A stretch of 64,000 bases of DNA from Amphiscolops sp. MND2022 (taxonomy: Eukaryota). The stretch is taken from contig OZ076409.1 of NCBI GenBank assembly GCA_964187785.1, positions 95,358,001-95,422,000 of the forward strand, in the 5' to 3' direction. Below are positions 61,668-64,000 of this stretch, piece by piece. The stretch's first letter is position 1; every line of letters starts with the position of its first letter. The notes under the pieces were generated by a model. That model searched no databases. It saw only the letters and a program-made list of their open reading frames with translations, and was not told the DNA's origin. Both the position numbers and the translations under genes were made by a program.

Positions 61668-62385
61668 TGTTTTAAAAGCTCAATGAAAAACGTCTTTCGT
61701 CGTCGTTATGTGCAGCAAATGTCCGAGAAGGCAATTTATTCTTCAAAAATCAAGATATGTGTTTTTTTACCCAGTGATTTTTGGGAATTACTACAGCCAG
61801 ATATGATACTTTGGGAACCAAAAATCGGTGATCTAGTTTTCACATTGTTGAAGGCTACGTTTTAAATTGTTCTATCCCGTTAATTTTTTACTTGATAATC
61901 ACTCTATCTGAGGGGAATTTTTCGCAGTACCACTGCGCATCATGTTGATGTTTCCAATTAGGAAAAGTATTCATTAGTCCATATCTCAAGCTTGGTCTCC
62001 TGACGCTCAGCGAAAGTTTCAGAAAAAAGTTATTAATCAAGTTTCTGAAAAAATTATCAATTGAATTTTGATGTTTTCGGTTTTAGTATTCTTCAAAAAA
62101 CGGAGCCTGGGACATTGTTTTTTTTTGCATTTGAATCCAGATTTCGAACTGTGCTATTCCCGGCTTGTTTCAACTCTTATTTACCCCAAATACTTCTCGT
62201 TTTTTCTTTGTATTCTCATTTTAATTCAAAGAATGCTCTGTACAAAACGCGGCATTTTTAGTGTCGCGTTGAAATTATCCACGCATAATAGGGTGAAAAC
62301 ACGATAAATGACAGTAGTTTTTAGTTTTTCAAAAGCGTTTCTTCTTTGTTCATGATAACAAAAAAGGAAAGTTTCTGGAAGATCA

Positions 62386-62949
62386 ACAAGCCGGGAACGG
62401 CCCAAGTCGGCGCCATATCTAAGGCTCAAAAACAGCAAAAGGACTTCAAAGTGTCAAAGTATTCTCTTCTACGGTACCGGAAAAACCCAAAAGTTGAACC
62501 GAATTGGCGCACCAGAGGGGACACTTTGAGATTTTTCATCCATTCTGTCGCAAATCATCAAAAAAATTGAAGGAGGGGCACTTTTGGTGAAATTTGTTTT
62601 TTAAAGTCTCACAATGCCGAAAAAACTGAAAGGGGGGACCCTTTGGTATTTTTCAACATCCGTTCTGTCAGAAAACCTCAAAAAAATTGAAGGGGGACCC
62701 TTTGAGGAAAAATTTTTTTCGAAAAAAAGTCTCACAGAGCCGAAAATACTCTAAGGGAGTACCCTTTGGTCTTCTACTTCGCAAGCTTTTAAAGTATTTT
62801 AATTTGCTAAGTAAGAATTGTAAGATTTTAAGATTGTAAGAAATGTAAGAAAAGTGGACCGATCAGTGTGAGGATTGTAGTCTGAAGAAAAAAAGGTCAC
62901 TGCTATAGTCGGGCATTTTTCCTTAAAAGGATAAAGCGCCGACTAAAAA
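62386..62949 (-). mobile_element. Helentron-like element, copy 5
   Basis: Same termini and gggggaccctttg core repeats. Confidence 0.65.
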
Positions 62950-63000
62950 TATCCAGTCTGATTTTTCATCCCAGTCTCTCAAGGGTTTTTGCGTTGATAC

Positions 63001-63178
63001 CTGGTAGTGCTTTTTGCAGTGCGTGTGTGACATCCAGGACGTTGAATGGCAGGATGGGATCCCCGCAAGCTGCAACCAGGAATCGCACCCCCACAGTGGC
63101 CAATGACTCCAACAGAGACTGTCTCGACAACAACGAGGGATCCGGGCTCGCACAACTACGTTTGCGTTGGCTTTGGTC
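63001..63178 (-). CDS. Gene B exon, GCPII/NAALADase/transferrin-receptor-like C-terminal region: DQSQRK...CGDPILPFNVLDVTHALQKALP
   Basis: ctcttcag acceptor, gtatca donor, phase 0-1; DPILPFNV resembles the M28B-family (I/V)LPF(D/N) motif preceding the dimerisation domain. Confidence 0.65.
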
Positions 63179-64000
63179 CTGAAGAGACAAGAAGAAAGTT
63201 AATTTCTCCAATTTCCGGAGTGGACGCCGAATAAGCAGTTCTGATTTTCAAAGTCGGCGCCCTTTCGGATCTAAGTCAGCGCCATAAAAAGCTATGGTAC
63301 CATATTTGCAGCCAAGTGCTCAAGCAATGGTCGACCTGAAGCTGTGGTTTCAAAGTGACTTGCTCAAAGTTACGAAAGTCTGACTGTTCACCGTGGCTGT
63401 TTTCTTGTTTTTGCTTTTCTCCGCCAAAATGCGTTATTTTTTTGTCATTGACCATGCCACTAAGCTAGGCACGAAAGATTTGCTTAAGGCCTCTGATACC
63501 TTCCCAATGAAAACCGAATTCTCTAACCATGCTCCAGCACTGCAGTAAGAATTGCAGACCCTTGGATTATTGTATCGTAGGATTTTATGATTTGAACGGT
63601 CCATGAAATTTTTCTTTAAAAATCCTGGACAATTACAAGGAACAGGAAATCTCTTTTTTCTGTTTTCAACACGTCACCAATTTTTTCAAACAATATTGAA
63701 AATATGGCACAGCAAGCATGGAATAAATCAGAGTTCAGATATAACTTATGGAGTCATGCCTTCTTTCTTTTTTGAGTCACAAAAACAGTTATTTCGAACA
63801 TAATCACAGTTAAAAGGTGTGAAAAATGTTTCGTCCAAACAATAAAACTATTCAAATTGAAGTTAATTTCCTGTATTGGAAAACGATTTCATTAAGCAGA
63901 AAAAGCATGAACCCAAATTTTTTCGTTCAAAGTTTTTGATGGTGACGGTGGATTGAGAAAAGAGCCAATATTTTAAAGAATATTTGAAAAAACTGAGGAC

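Overview
AT-rich, transposon-dense animal (invertebrate-like) genomic DNA, not prokaryotic. Two convergent spliced host genes were assembled by hand from GT-AG junctions with matching phases. Gene A (+, 11 exons, 802-51582, 5' part outside the window) encodes an F5/8 type C (discoidin) domain followed by an Asp-box-containing C-terminal region. Gene B (-, last 4 exons, 63178-55920) resembles the C-terminus of GCPII/NAALADase/transferrin-receptor-like proteins. Gene A introns hold a 5'-truncated APE-RT LINE, a young 9.3-kb BEL/Pao LTR retrotransposon and a ~20-kb intronic 232-bp satellite with higher-order repeats. The satellite is interrupted by a 2-kb solo LTR that itself encodes 129 codons of a Gag-like N-terminus. 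Helentron-like elements, MITEs and a deleted Tc1 fill the rest. The main candidate novelty is the BEL/Pao element. Between its PBS and gag it carries an intact SGNH-esterase-like ORF, covarying hairpin repeats and a candidate intron, and its LTR termini are TG...TA. All family calls come from motif recognition, not database searches.
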